A stretch of 64,000 nt of DNA from Tubulanus polymorphus (taxonomy: Eukaryota > Animalia > Nemertea), in the NCBI RefSeq assembly GCF_964204645.1, contig NC_134034.1, forward strand, positions 9,002,962-9,066,961. The letters are read 5' to 3'. This document shows positions 51,592-63,337 of the stretch, in pieces; the stretch's first letter is position 1; each line of letters opens with the position of its first letter. The notes under the pieces were generated by a model. The model was not told where the DNA came from. It saw only the letters and a list, made by a program, of their open reading frames with translations, and did no database searches. The translations under genes were made by a program, and so were the position numbers.

Positions 51592-52982
51592 ATGGTAGAT
51601 AGTTTTCCAAAAGCTTTCCAATATAATAAATCAATTAAATATAATATTCCAGCAATAGATTTTAATAAAGATATTACATATAGAAATGAAGTTTTAAATT
51701 CATTAATTGATTTATATATTTATGTTACTGAAACTAATAATTTTAATGCAAAGATGGAAAATATATTTCATGTATATTTAATTAATTTTAAAAAATTGAA
51801 AGATGAAAAACAATGGTTATTAAAATCTAATATGAAGTATTGACAGAATCAATTAAATTTTGCTGTTTATTGTGCAACAACAGGATGTGGAATTAGTTGG
51901 AATGATCATTTAAATAATTCTAAATATAAATTAATTCAAAGTTTATTTAGATTTCATACATACTTTCAAATAAGAATAATATTAAATGAATTAGAGTGCG
52001 CTTTACCAGGATCTAGATATTTTAAAGAATTAGATAATAATATTAATTTATCAAAGTTTTATAAAATTTGTAATGAATTTAATATAGATATAAATAATTC
52101 TGATTTTAGAACAAAAACTGGAACAATAAGATCACTTCCTTGCCCTAGAAAGATTGCAGAATATTGTGCACTTCCTATACCATCTTCAATAGTTTTTATA
52201 ATATCTATAATAATAAATTAGGTTATGGTAAAATAGAAACAAAGGATTTAGAAACATTAAATTTCAATAAATTACCGAAATTTTATGATCATTTAAAACA
52301 AGAAAACAATAATGGTTGGGTATATTTTATTTTAGAGAATAGTGAAGGTTTTACAAAATCAGGTATAGAAAGAATAAATCAATCTATTAGAACTTATTTG
52401 ATTTGTATTCTAGGATCACAAGTTGAAACAAGATCACCGATAATTGGAAATTTGAATACATCATTCGATACACAAAAACAATTTAAAGTTTTATTTGAAG
52501 ATTCAATTCATAATGATAAAAATAGATCGATTCCAGAAAACATTATAAGATATCAAAATTATTTAGATAAATCTCATGTAAGACTAAATTATTGTATAGG
52601 CCCTAATCTATTAATTATTTCTAATGATTTAGTATTAAAGATGGGAAACATAATTGGTTACAATAATCTAATTAAAACTGCAACAATAAATAATTCATTT
52701 GGATTAAATGATATAAATAAAAAGATTATTACTGCCCCAAAATTAATGGAAGGTGAAAAAAATAAAAAACATATTCAATCAACAGAAACTAAAACTAAGA
52801 ATATTAAATTAAATAATGATTCTAAAATAAAAGATTACAATACATCAGAAGATATAAAAACTGATAAAATTCAACATGATATAATTAAACTAAATGATGA
52901 TAATAAATCACATGAAAATACTAAATTAGCTATAACTTGTATAGGAATTGTAATCGGAGGAATATTATATTTTAAATTTTAA
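51592..52982 (+). pseudogene. Conserved Polinton protein with C-terminal TM; stop 51841, frameshift ~52185
   Basis: Colinear with 14741-16121. Confidence 0.75.
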
Positions 52983-52998
52983 TTTTTTTATTATGTAA

Positions 52999-54448
52999 AT
53001 GGATGTAGAAGGTGGAGAAGATTATGAAATGGGAGAAATGGGAAATAATAATGAAGGATATATTGATGATGAACCACAACCTGATTTTAATGAAACTAAT
53101 ATTGATAATGATGATGAATCAGCATATAATTCTAATTTAGCAGATAGTGGTTCTAAAGGTCAATGAACAGATGAATTTGATAGAAGAACTAGATCGAGAA
53201 TAAATCCTGAAAATGAAAATCCAGATTTAGTAAAACAAAATTTAGAATATAATGAATATATTTATAATTTCAAACCTATATTTGAAAAATCTGGATATAA
53301 TATCAATGCTAGAGGCGCCAGACTTTTAGTACAAGAATTAAAATCTTTAGATGGTGAATATTATTATCGTTTGAAAGATGATTATTATATTGATATCTCT
53401 TATAAAAAACAAAACAAAATATTAGCAGAATCAACTTTGCTTAAGTTAAACCTATCTAGAATTAAAAGAATAAGAAATAGTAATGAACCAGAAGATGTAA
53501 CACAAGAAGAAATTATTAAAAATGAAAGAGTATTTAAACAAAGAATTAATGAATTATTTGAAACAATCGATAATAATTTAGAAACAGAAACAACTTCTGA
53601 ACAGAATATAACTTCCAAAACTAGTAAACTTAAATCAAATAAAGTTCCAATTGAAAAACTTTTACCGAATGGGTTACTTGATGCAACAGATCAAGAATTA
53701 GAAGATTTAGATATATTTTCTGATAAAGCAATTAGAGAAATTATTAGTATAAGACTTGCATCTGATAAAATTGCGCATGATAAAAGTATAAGAGATTTTA
53801 AAATTAGAACTTTAGAAAAAGAATTAACTGATAAAAATAAAGAAATAGAACAACTAAAATTAGATAGAGATAATAAAGTTATTGAAGAAATTGAATTTAA
53901 AAAAAGAAATGCATATTTAGAAAAAGAAAAAGATGATTTAGAATATAACATAGAATTACAAAAAGAAGAAATTAAATTATTGTTAAAATCATATGATTAT
54001 AATATTAATAGATTAAAAGTTATTTTTAAAGATTTGTTGATTAAACCAAATTCTGAAATATCATTGAAAGATAGAATAAAGTTATTATTTAAATTAGAAG
54101 GAATAACAATTCTTTCAATTCTAACAGCTGTAACTATGTTATTTACAACAATTGGTTTAGCTATATCAAATGCTTTAAAATCTACTCCTACTCCAAATAA
54201 ACCAGATAAACCTCCAGGTAATAATTCTATACAAGATAAAGTTAAAGATGGTTTAAAGAAATTAGCAAAATATTTATGGGAACTATCTAAAAAATCTGCT
54301 GCAGCTTTACCAGGAATTATTGCATCAATTGTTGGTTTCATATTGAGGAAACATTATTAACTTTGCTGCTGAACATATTATTTTATTTTTAATTACAGTT
54401 GTAAGTGCTATTATTTTTGGGTTAGTAAACATGATAAAAAATAAATAA
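52999..54448 (+). pseudogene. Coiled-coil/TM protein; stop ~53164 and frameshift ~54345
   Basis: Colinear with intact 16138-17592. Confidence 0.8.
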
Positions 54449-54469
54449 TTAATTTTTTTTGTTAAATAA

Positions 54470-55717
54470 ATGAGTGGGAGTTATATAAGTCCTTCTAAGA
54501 TTTCTAGAATATCTAACGCTATTAAAGCAGAAAGATCACATCATATAATTACTCATAACCCTTCAAATATTAATCCCGATGAAACTTTATACGTTAGAAT
54601 TCCTAGATTAACACAAAATACTTTTTATGTTCCAAATAGTATTTATTTATCAGCCGATATAACAGTAGCCGGTAATAATAATAATTATGTTGTTGATAAT
54701 GTTGGAAGATATTTGATTAAAAAGTTAACAATAAAGATTGGTCCAGAAACAGTTTTCTCATTAGATGATTATAATTTATTTATGCATTATAAAGATTTAT
54801 GGTTAACTAAAGAAAATAGAAATAATATGATATTTCAGGGTATTCAATCAGAAAACCAAAATAAATTAAGATCAGAAGCTAATAGCGCAATATTAACAAA
54901 TGATGTAGATAAATTGATAAAAAGTATATATGGAAGCAAATATAAAATTCCATTAGACTTTGAATTGATAAATAATAATGCACCTTTATATAAATACGTA
55001 ATTCAAGAAGATATTATATTTGAGATAACATTTGCTCCTGTAAATGAAATTGTATTATCTAGCGTTAATAAAGATATGAGTTATAAATTATCGAATATAT
55101 GTTTAGAATATGACACAGTAACTGATGAAAATATTTCAAGTATAATTCAAACTCAATACAATCAAGGGTTTTCATTATTATATGATTATATTGATAAATT
55201 TAAAACTGTAACTATTAATGCAAATGATGAAATAATTAATGAGAATATTAACTTTCCTAGAAGATCTATTAAAGGTATATTAATATTTTTTACTATTGGA
55301 ACGTATACTAATGGCGCAATAAATGTTGACAATTATTATAATCCTGAAATAACAAAAGTAGAAATAACTATCGAAGGTATAGCAAATAAAATATTTTGTC
55401 AAGGAATGAGAATGATTGATCAATGGGTAGAAATTAAAAAACATTTTATGAATGAAAAAATAAAATCATTTGAAAATTGTAACATTAATCAAATTGATTA
55501 TTATACCGGTAATAAATATGCATTATGGTTAGATTTTAGAACAACTGAAGATAACTTATTACATGGTTCTGGAAAAAAACTACAGAACACTAAAGATGGA
55601 ATACAATTATTCATGACAAAGAAAAAGGGAATCAAAAATTTTAAAATGCACATTTATATTATATCTGACGCGCAATTAAATATTGTAAATTCACAATTAG
55701 ATAGTGTTATGTATTAG
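54470..55717 (+). CDS. Major capsid protein (double jelly-roll)
   Basis: Intact 415 aa, beta-rich, highly conserved between copies; size, context and N-terminal THNPSNI...L.VR.P pattern fit Polinton MCPs; fold not verified. Confidence 0.75.
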   Translation: MSGSYISPSKISRISNAIKAERSHHIITHNPSNINPDETLYVRIPRLTQNTFYVPNSIYLSADITVAGNNNNYVVDNVGRYLIKKLTIKIGPETVFSLDDYNLFMHYKDLWLTKENRNNMIFQGIQSENQNKLRSEANSAILTNDVDKLIKSIYGSKYKIPLDFELINNNAPLYKYVIQEDIIFEITFAPVNEIVLSSVNKDMSYKLSNICLEYDTVTDENISSIIQTQYNQGFSLLYDYIDKFKTVTINANDEIINENINFPRRSIKGILIFFTIGTYTNGAINVDNYYNPEITKVEITIEGIANKIFCQGMRMIDQWVEIKKHFMNEKIKSFENCNINQIDYYTGNKYALWLDFRTTEDNLLHGSGKKLQNTKDGIQLFMTKKKGIKNFKMHIYIISDAQLNIVNSQLDSVMY

Positions 55718-55749
55718 AATTTTAACTTTAATAAAAATGTATATAATAA

Positions 55750-56812
55750 ATGGAAGGTGGAATATATGAAATACAATCTCCAAGTGAAATGATATCAGAT
55801 ATATATTATATATTACCTTATGATGAATACAGTAAGTATTTTGGAGATTACTTTAATCAATTCAAATATAGAATAAGTAAAATAGAAGATAATATTGAAC
55901 CTAAAATAGAAGATAATATTGAACCTAAAATAGAAGATAATATTGAACCTAAAATAGAAGATAATATTGAACCTAAAATAGAAGATAATATTGAATCTAA
56001 AATAGAAGATAATGTTATACCTTCTACATCGAATGATGATAAGATTGAAACAAAAATAGAATATAATATTGAACCTAAAATAGAAAAATCAAATGTTCAA
56101 CCAAAAGATAACATCAGATGTATGTATTGTGAAGAAGATTTTGATAATTATAATGATTATTTATTACACATCAAAAAAGATGAACATATTTTACAATTAG
56201 TAAAAACATATGCCAATATATATAAAGATAAATGCAAAGAGGATCAGAATTATTGTGCCTTCTGTAATGAATGTATAACAAAGGCTAATTGGGCAAAACA
56301 TTATAAATTAAAAACAAAAGGTGGAAATGATTCAGCCCATGCAATACAAGTATTTAAATCTTGGTGTGAAAAATGTAAAGAATATGTAATATATGATAAA
56401 CAATTGAATCATAAATACTCAATTAAACATATTGGTACAGATAATGTAATAGAAAATCCAACAGTTATAAATCCAAAATTTAATAATAAGAATATATTAG
56501 ATTATCGGTGGTATAGAAAAACATTTATAGATTATTTATTGAGTAATGATATAGTAACCATATTGAAAAAGTTAGATAACTTTAAACCAAATGTTACTTA
56601 TGCAATTAACTTATTTGAACTTAAATATGATGATTTTAAATAAACTTCCATCTAAAACTGAAATCGAAAATTATATTCCAAAAATATTTTCAAGAGAAAC
56701 ATTCAGGAAATATAAACTCGAGAATTATTTAGGAATTATACCAAAGAAAATGCAAAGGGATATATATTTAGAATACAATAAGCTTAAAGAAAAATATGAA
56801 AATGAAAATTAA
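55750..56812 (+). CDS. Variable-slot protein with (KIEDNIEP)n repeat and three C2H2/U1-like Zn fingers; probable frameshift ~56640
   Basis: 24-bp repeats ~55880-56010; CMYC..H..H, CAFC..H, CEKC..H..H. Confidence 0.65.
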
Positions 56813-56816
56813 AAAG

Positions 56817-57196
56817 ATTATAGAATTCACTGTATATTGATGGATGAATGGATGAGTTGGATGAGTTGGAAGAATTGGATGAGTGGAAGAGTGGATGAGT
56901 ATAATAATATATATATTTTACTTTTTAACACATAAATTGGAAGAATAGTATGAGTATAAATATAATATTTATATTCTTTATTAAATTTAACACAATATAT
57001 ATATATATTATTAAAATAATATTCAAATATAGTATAAAATTGATAAAATAACTTCAAATCAAACTCTTACTGTTTTAAAAATAAAAAACATATGTAAATT
57101 ATATATTATTACACTCATCCATTCATCCACTCATCCAATTCATCCAATTCATCCAATTCATCCACTCATCCATTAGTATACAGTGAATTCTATAAT
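56817..57196. repeat. Inverted-repeat structure between convergent gene blocks
   Basis: 20-bp perfect IR ATTATAGAATTCACTGTATA followed by TGGATGAGT-type repeats mirrored on the other arm. Confidence 0.8.
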
Positions 57197-57212
57197 ATTT
57201 TGAATTAGGATT

Positions 57213-57827
57213 TTATTTTATAAATTTATATTCATATGGAAATTGTAATCTCATAAGTAATTTGGAACCTTTATTATTCTTTAATTTATTCATATATTCA
57301 TCATGTAATTCAGTAGGTATAATTTGATTTTCTTCCAATGATTGTTGCATAGATTTTTTATCTTTGTTATAAAATAAAACTAGAAATCTTATATTCTCTC
57401 TAAAGTCTTTCACAATTGAATTATATTTCTGATTTAAAACCCATGTTGTTATCCTAAAATGTCTACCAGAGAAAGCTAAATAACATAACTCACTTTCTCT
57501 AACTTTTGAATCATGTAAATTTGCGCAATCATCTATAATGAATAATGTATTTGATCCTTTATAAGTATCAATTGCTATTTTTATACAATTATCTAAATTA
57601 TCTTTCACTGTTTTAGAATTTAATATAATAAACTTTTTATCTTTAAAAACTATATCTCTATTATACGTTTCATTCATTTCATAAGTTGGGCAGAATAATA
57701 TTATATTATCAAAATGATTCTTATAAATAGTTTCTAACAAATCTAATATGAAATGTGTTTTACCACAGTTTGTTACTCCAGTAACTAACATATTATGTGG
57801 TTCAAATATAAACAAATCTTTATTCAT
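57213..57827 (-). CDS. A32/FtsK-family packaging ATPase
   Basis: GVTNCGKT, FIIDD, GRH; intact 204 aa. Confidence 0.92.
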   Translation of the reverse strand: MNKDLFIFEPHNMLVTGVTNCGKTHFILDLLETIYKNHFDNIILFCPTYEMNETYNRDIVFKDKKFIILNSKTVKDNLDNCIKIAIDTYKGSNTLFIIDDCANLHDSKVRESELCYLAFSGRHFRITTWVLNQKYNSIVKDFRENIRFLVLFYNKDKKSMQQSLEENQIIPTELHDEYMNKLKNNKGSKLLMRLQFPYEYKFIK

Positions 57828-58908
57828 TTATTCTTTTAATTTTACTAGATAAAATCCATTCATTAAATTTATCATCATATCCTTTATATTTCACCAAAGA
57901 ATACTTTTTTCCTTTAAGAGTTTTTGTTTTCAATACCTTTTCTATTTTGTATTCTATTTCATCTGGATTTGGTACAAGTGATAATTCTTGTTCATAGAAA
58001 TAACCTAATATTTCTTCATCTTTTAGATCTTCTAATTTATAAACAAAAGGTTTAGTTAATATTATCTTTTTAATTTTAAATATTTCTTCAGTAAAATTAG
58101 GGGTATAACCTTTATAAAATGTTTTTCTATATTTAGAAATTCTAACATGTTGTCCTATTTTAAATTTAGGTTCTCCAAAATCATGTGTAACAAACGCACC
58201 ATATAAATTATTCCAAACTATTTCTGAATTTTCTTCTTTTCTAGCTTGTATAGGTTTCATATTTATAGAACTATGTTTAGAATTATTATAACCTTTCACT
58301 AAATCATCTAACACATCGATATATTTATATGTTTCATTAGCGGTGAAATATTTCCACATTCTAGTTTTCAATGTTTTATTAAATCTTTCTATAACGGATG
58401 CTTTTTTATCTGAATGTGTTGAAAAATATTCTACATCGTTATCAGTTAATAGTTTTTTAAAATGTTTGTTATAAAATTCTTTACCTTCATCAAATTGTAT
58501 TTTATCTGGAATAGCTTCTTTAAATATTAATTTGAAAGAATTTGTAACTTCTATACCAGTTTTATTTTTAATCGGGATACTCCATGCGTATCTACTGAAT
58601 ATATCTATAACATTTAGTATCCAAAAATATCCTTTGTTGTATTCTTCTAAGTTTTTCATGTCAATTAAATCAGCTTGCCATTGTTGGTCAATATATGAAA
58701 CCATTACTTTTCTTGTTAAATATTTTTTATCCATCTTTTTATGAATTTGATATGTGGGTTGATTTTGTAACCATGATTTTAATTCACTATATTTTATTTT
58801 TTCTTTATCAGATTTAATTTTATCCCATAATTCCGAAACACTTGAATATGATACTTCACTTTCTGGGTTATAATATAACGCTCTTAAATATTGTTCTTTT
58901 TTCATCAT
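57820..58908 (-). CDS. int: Polinton rve integrase with C-terminal chromodomain
   Basis: DDE motifs and chromodomain intact. Confidence 0.94.
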   Translation of the reverse strand: MMKKEQYLRALYYNPESEVSYSSVSELWDKIKSDKEKIKYSELKSWLQNQPTYQIHKKMDKKYLTRKVMVSYIDQQWQADLIDMKNLEEYNKGYFWILNVIDIFSRYAWSIPIKNKTGIEVTNSFKLIFKEAIPDKIQFDEGKEFYNKHFKKLLTDNDVEYFSTHSDKKASVIERFNKTLKTRMWKYFTANETYKYIDVLDDLVKGYNNSKHSSINMKPIQARKEENSEIVWNNLYGAFVTHDFGEPKFKIGQHVRISKYRKTFYKGYTPNFTEEIFKIKKIILTKPFVYKLEDLKDEEILGYFYEQELSLVPNPDEIEYKIEKVLKTKTLKGKKYSLVKYKGYDDKFNEWILSSKIKRINE

Positions 58909-58911
58909 ATT

Positions 58912-59325
58912 TTAATCCATTAATAATATTTTAGATTTATTTTCATTTGATTTATTTTCTGGTATAATAGGTTTATTGTCTGTACACGGATAACTAAGTT
59001 TCCGATCATCATTGGAATCATCTTTATCATCAGATGTGAATTTTGATTTATATATTACACCAGATAATATAATAAATGTTACTAATCCAATTGTAATATA
59101 TAATTTATAATTACTTCCAGCATTAGAAGAATTAGATGGATTATCATTTGAATCAATACCACCGTGTGGGTGCTGTACGGCACCATCAGATAAAGTCTGT
59201 GATTCATTTATATCAGTGAATTTCTTTTTCTTAGCTTTTTTTAATTCTGAAGATCTTTTACCTAATTCTCTTGCCCATTTAATTTGTTTCTCGGATCTAG
59301 GCTTCTTCTTAACGCTATCACTCAT
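58912..59325 (-). CDS. Small basic single-TM Polinton protein
   Basis: Orthologue of 21872-22222 with in-frame insertions. Confidence 0.7.
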   Translation of the reverse strand: MSDSVKKKPRSEKQIKWARELGKRSSELKKAKKKKFTDINESQTLSDGAVQHPHGGIDSNDNPSNSSNAGSNYKLYITIGLVTFIILSGVIYKSKFTSDDKDDSNDDRKLSYPCTDNKPIIPENKSNENKSKILLMD

Positions 59326-59920
59326 TTATTTTAGTTAATTTTTGTTCTGATTCATTTTCTGTTTCGACGTTTGGTTGTAGTACATCTGTTTCGTTCTTAC
59401 CTGATTTATATTCCATAGGTTTGATGTTCGAAAATGTTATGACACCAGTAGAAATCAATGTCATAACCGATCCTAATTGAAATGAAGCATAACCGACCCA
59501 TTTTTGTAATTCAATCATAACTAAGTAGTCATTTTTCAAATCATTATATAATTTATTTTCATCATCAATTGGTATTAACTGGTTACATAATTTTGAATAA
59601 CATTTGACAATACCATCTGAAATAGAATCATTTATTCTAGCTAATCGAGCTTCTTCATAAATCTTAAAATATTTTATTGCTTTATCGGGTTTCATAGCAT
59701 CTAATTCTTGAAAAGTTATTATTTTTCCCAAGAAATCCTTAGATTTCCCGCCAGCAATTAATAATTCAAGATGATGCTTACAATATAAATAGTATTCATA
59801 ATCTATATTGCTATTAACTTGAGCACAATTAGTTACAACTGTATCTTTATTATCACTTATACCCAAATCATCTAATGTCTTTTCAATATCAATACTATTC
59901 TTATTAGATTTCTTTGACAT
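59318..59920 (-). CDS. Hypothetical Polinton protein
   Basis: Orthologue of 22215-22829. Confidence 0.75.
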   Translation of the reverse strand: MSKKSNKNSIDIEKTLDDLGISDNKDTVVTNCAQVNSNIDYEYYLYCKHHLELLIAGGKSKDFLGKIITFQELDAMKPDKAIKYFKIYEEARLARINDSISDGIVKCYSKLCNQLIPIDDENKLYNDLKNDYLVMIELQKWVGYASFQLGSVMTLISTGVITFSNIKPMEYKSGKNETDVLQPNVETENESEQKLTKINE

Positions 59921-60801
59921 TTATATTAGAGAAATTTAATAAGAATAGTATTATAAGTATTCTTCAAATGATACTAGTATCTCTTTAGGTTAATACTAAA
60001 TTGACTAGGTTAGTTAAAGTTAAAGAATTTCTATTCAAATCTATTCAAAATCTATTCAATCTAATGTCAATTAGAATTACCAAAAGAAAATATTAAAAAT
60101 ATAACAGAATTCACTAGCTAGTTGAAGTTATTGTTTTTTTATTATATTTTATTTAAATTAGGATTTAGATTATCTCACTACTATTGTCTATCTATAGGAG
60201 CGGTAACTATAACTGTCCAGATAAGTCATTTCGGATCCTCGATAATAAATCCTCAAACTGAAAATAAATTCAAAGAAACGACTGGTGGAATTACTATTTC
60301 ATAAACACATGTATTTATTATACACATTTTAGCGATCGATAATAGAACAATGGAGAACAATAGAAATGCGGTCCAATCGGACCGGTTATTGCGCAATACA
60401 CAGTTAACAGTAAACAATACAATATTAAAACAGATATATACAATCGAGATCTAAGACCTTCAGTATTATAATTTATAATTTTGTCCAGAATTCTTTAATT
60501 ACTGGATTGTTTCCAATCATTTCTTCAATTTCTGGTAAATGTCTTACTACTTCACTAAATGCTAATCCTAATATTTTGAATTTTTCATATTTTATTAATC
60601 TATGTATGTGAATGTTGATTTCTAACTACCAACGTGGCGCACGTTCGACCAAACTAATTATTTCTGCACAGATGTTCTTTGTGATGAAGTTAATTAATTC
60701 TTTAGAATTGAAAACAAGATATATTTGGCAACATATGTTTTAGTAGTAAGCAAAAGCTATGTATTATATACATACAAAGCTCAAATAGAATTACCAGCTT
60801 T

Positions 60802-61467
60802 CTAACCACTGATCAAAACCTCAGAATGCGGTTGATTCTGTGAAATACTATTCCATAATTCAACAAATGTCTTTGCTTTATCCAGTTGATCTAAATATAA
60901 TTTCATATCTAGTTTATTAGATTTAATTATGTTTTCCTTCTTTTCTAAAGGCCTTAAATTTTTCCAACTCCAAATAAGTTTTTTATTGTATTCATCATTC
61001 ATGTTAAATTTAGATATTGGTAACACGTGATCAATATGGTAATAATCCCCATAATTATCTATATTCATTTTATCATCGAATTGATATATTATCCATGATT
61101 TGAGAAATTCATCTGAACAACCCAATAGATTAGATAGTGTTTCTGAATATGTTTCTTTGTTGAATAATTGTGTTAATCTAGACCGTAAACATTGTTTCAA
61201 TCTAAAATTAAGATCTGTTTGATATCTTTCTCTCATATATTCTGTCATATAATCATTATAAGATTCTCTATTATCTTCTCGATATCGTTTGGTATATAGT
61301 TTAGTACAAGTTTTACAGTAATATTGAAAACCATCTTTGCTAATCTTACGCTTACTAAATTCTGTTAATGATTTATCTAATTCACATTTAGAACACTTCT
61401 TGTAATATATGTTTATGACGCCAGTGTTATTTGTAATATTGATAGTTTGTGGTTGTTCTGGTTCCAT
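60802..61467 (-). CDS. HNH endonuclease with N-terminal CxxC..CxxC finger
   Basis: KKCSKC...CKTC; LLGCS; MNIDNYG..HIDHVLP...NLRPL....N..KSNK. Confidence 0.82.
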   Translation of the reverse strand: MEPEQPQTINITNNTGVINIYYKKCSKCELDKSLTEFSKRKISKDGFQYYCKTCTKLYTKRYREDNRESYNDYMTEYMRERYQTDLNFRLKQCLRSRLTQLFNKETYSETLSNLLGCSDEFLKSWIIYQFDDKMNIDNYGDYYHIDHVLPISKFNMNDEYNKKLIWSWKNLRPLEKKENIIKSNKLDMKLYLDQLDKAKTFVELWNSISQNQPHSEVLISG

Positions 61468-61603
61468 TTATTATACGTATTTTTTTACTAAATTGGTTAA
61501 TAATTTATAATCCTCTTCCATTTCTTCGACCAACGTTATCCTTTTTCATTCCTCGCTGCTTTTGATAAGTTGTTTCGATTCCTTGATATCTAAATAATAC
61601 CAC

Positions 61604-61950
61604 TAAGCAAAAGCGCTCTTATAGGAGCGCTTTTGCTTAATGCGCATGCGTTAATCATAATTATATATTCATTCTGTGAAATAGAAACAACTGAACATAG
61701 AAAATTCAAACGCATGTGCACTAGGCAAAACCGCTCTTATAGGAGCGTTTTTGATCAATGCGCATGCGTTAATCATAATTATATTTACATAATGAATATA
61801 TAATTATGTAAATAGAAACGACCGACATAAAATATCAAAACGTATTCGCATTAGGTAAAACCGCTCTTATAGGAGCGCTTTTGCTTAATGCGCATGCGCT
61901 AATCATAATTATATATTCATTCTGAATAGAAACGACCGAACATAGAAAAT
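61604..61950. repeat. Three ~125-bp direct repeats, each with a palindrome and TGCGCATGCG
   Basis: CGCTCTTATAGGAGCG at ~61614, 61732, 61862; first copy has a 15-bp perfect stem (61604-61639). Confidence 0.85.
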
Positions 61951-62959
61951 TCACCAATCAGATTTACACAATACATTATACAAGTTGTTCAGTCATTTCT
62001 TCTAATACATCATTTGATTTCTATAAATACAATTTATAATTACAAACATTTTTTCAATTGCTGGTAAATATTTAACTACATCAACAAATGTTAAACTTAA
62101 TCATTGGAGTCTCAATGTTTTTGAAATTCTTATATTTCTTCTTCGATCTTTTGGTGATTCTATTGGTTTGATATCCATTGCTGTTGATTCCTCAGGTAGA
62201 AAGAGTATCTTGAGTTTCACTTCTTGATGTATATGACTTTTTATTAATCTAAAAGATATTAGCGGTAACTCTAGCTATCTAAAAGATATACTAAATACAC
62301 TTAAATATATCTAAAGGTTTCATATTTAATAGCCCCAATAACTACAAAAAACAGTACTTACATTTAGATTTATAATTGTAAACTATAAACTCCTAATTTC
62401 GTTTCGAAAGATAGAATATCCTGAGCACAATATTACAGCGTATATCCATTTCCGGGGTGATTTCTAGAATGACACGTTGTTAATTATGCCACGTCATCTA
62501 GTTCCGGTTCTAGAATATTCTCTACACGTTTGTAATATTATGAGTCATAATGTCTCGTCGTCATAGTAACAACTGTAACGGCTGTGAATTTATAGATTTA
62601 TTCCATAGCTCTATACATTGAATGTATATAGGTTAAAATAGAATCATGTTCTAGTATAAACATCTAGAACAAACGTGTTGAGACTTGTAAATTATGAGAT
62701 TTGTGATTTGCTACGTTCGCCGTATACACAACGCGTTGAAGTTGAAAAAAAATCAATAACAAAGGCATTTAGATCAATGAAATTAATTAACTCTTTACAA
62801 TTGAAATATAAGCTGGTAACATATGTTTACTAGAGCTAATACAACCAACTATATAGCTGAGTATTATCGGGTGTTTATAACGATTCAACATATTTTTCAC
62901 TATATGTTGAGTTCCTTAATTCGATAAATGTCTTTGCTTTAACCAACTGGACTAAAAAC

Positions 62960-63337
62960 AAATGTGTTCTAGTTTTATTGTGTCTTGCTTTTTGGGATTT
63001 ATCTATATCGATATTACATGTTGGGCAGTAGTACTTATTTGCTTCCATTTTAATACTATATTTTTTATTAAAATTGATTTTAGAAGTTCAATGATTTAAA
63101 TGTTATTCATATATATATGAATATTTTAAGAGTAATAGGGGTAATGGGCTTTCATATCAAAGGTCGAAAGGTTGAGGTTGATAAATTTTCCAAATGTTAA
63201 AATAATAATAATTTCTACTTGAATTAGGAGTGTACGCGACTAATTCAAGTAGAAATTGTTGTTATTTTAACATTTTGGAAAATTTCTCGGGCTCGACCTT
63301 TCGACCTTTGGTATGAAAGCCCATTACCCCTATTACT
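62960..63337. repeat. Right TIR of Polinton B; contains 207-bp hairpin 63131-63337
   Basis: Reverse complement of 44717-45094. Confidence 0.95.

Larger units (their letters stand above)
44717..63337 (+). mobile_element. Polinton/Maverick (adintovirus-like endogenous virus) copy B, 18.6 kb
   Basis: 378-bp apparently identical TIRs, TSD TGGGTC (44711-44716, 63338-63343), empty site at 5607-5612, same gene order as copy A. Confidence 0.98.
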
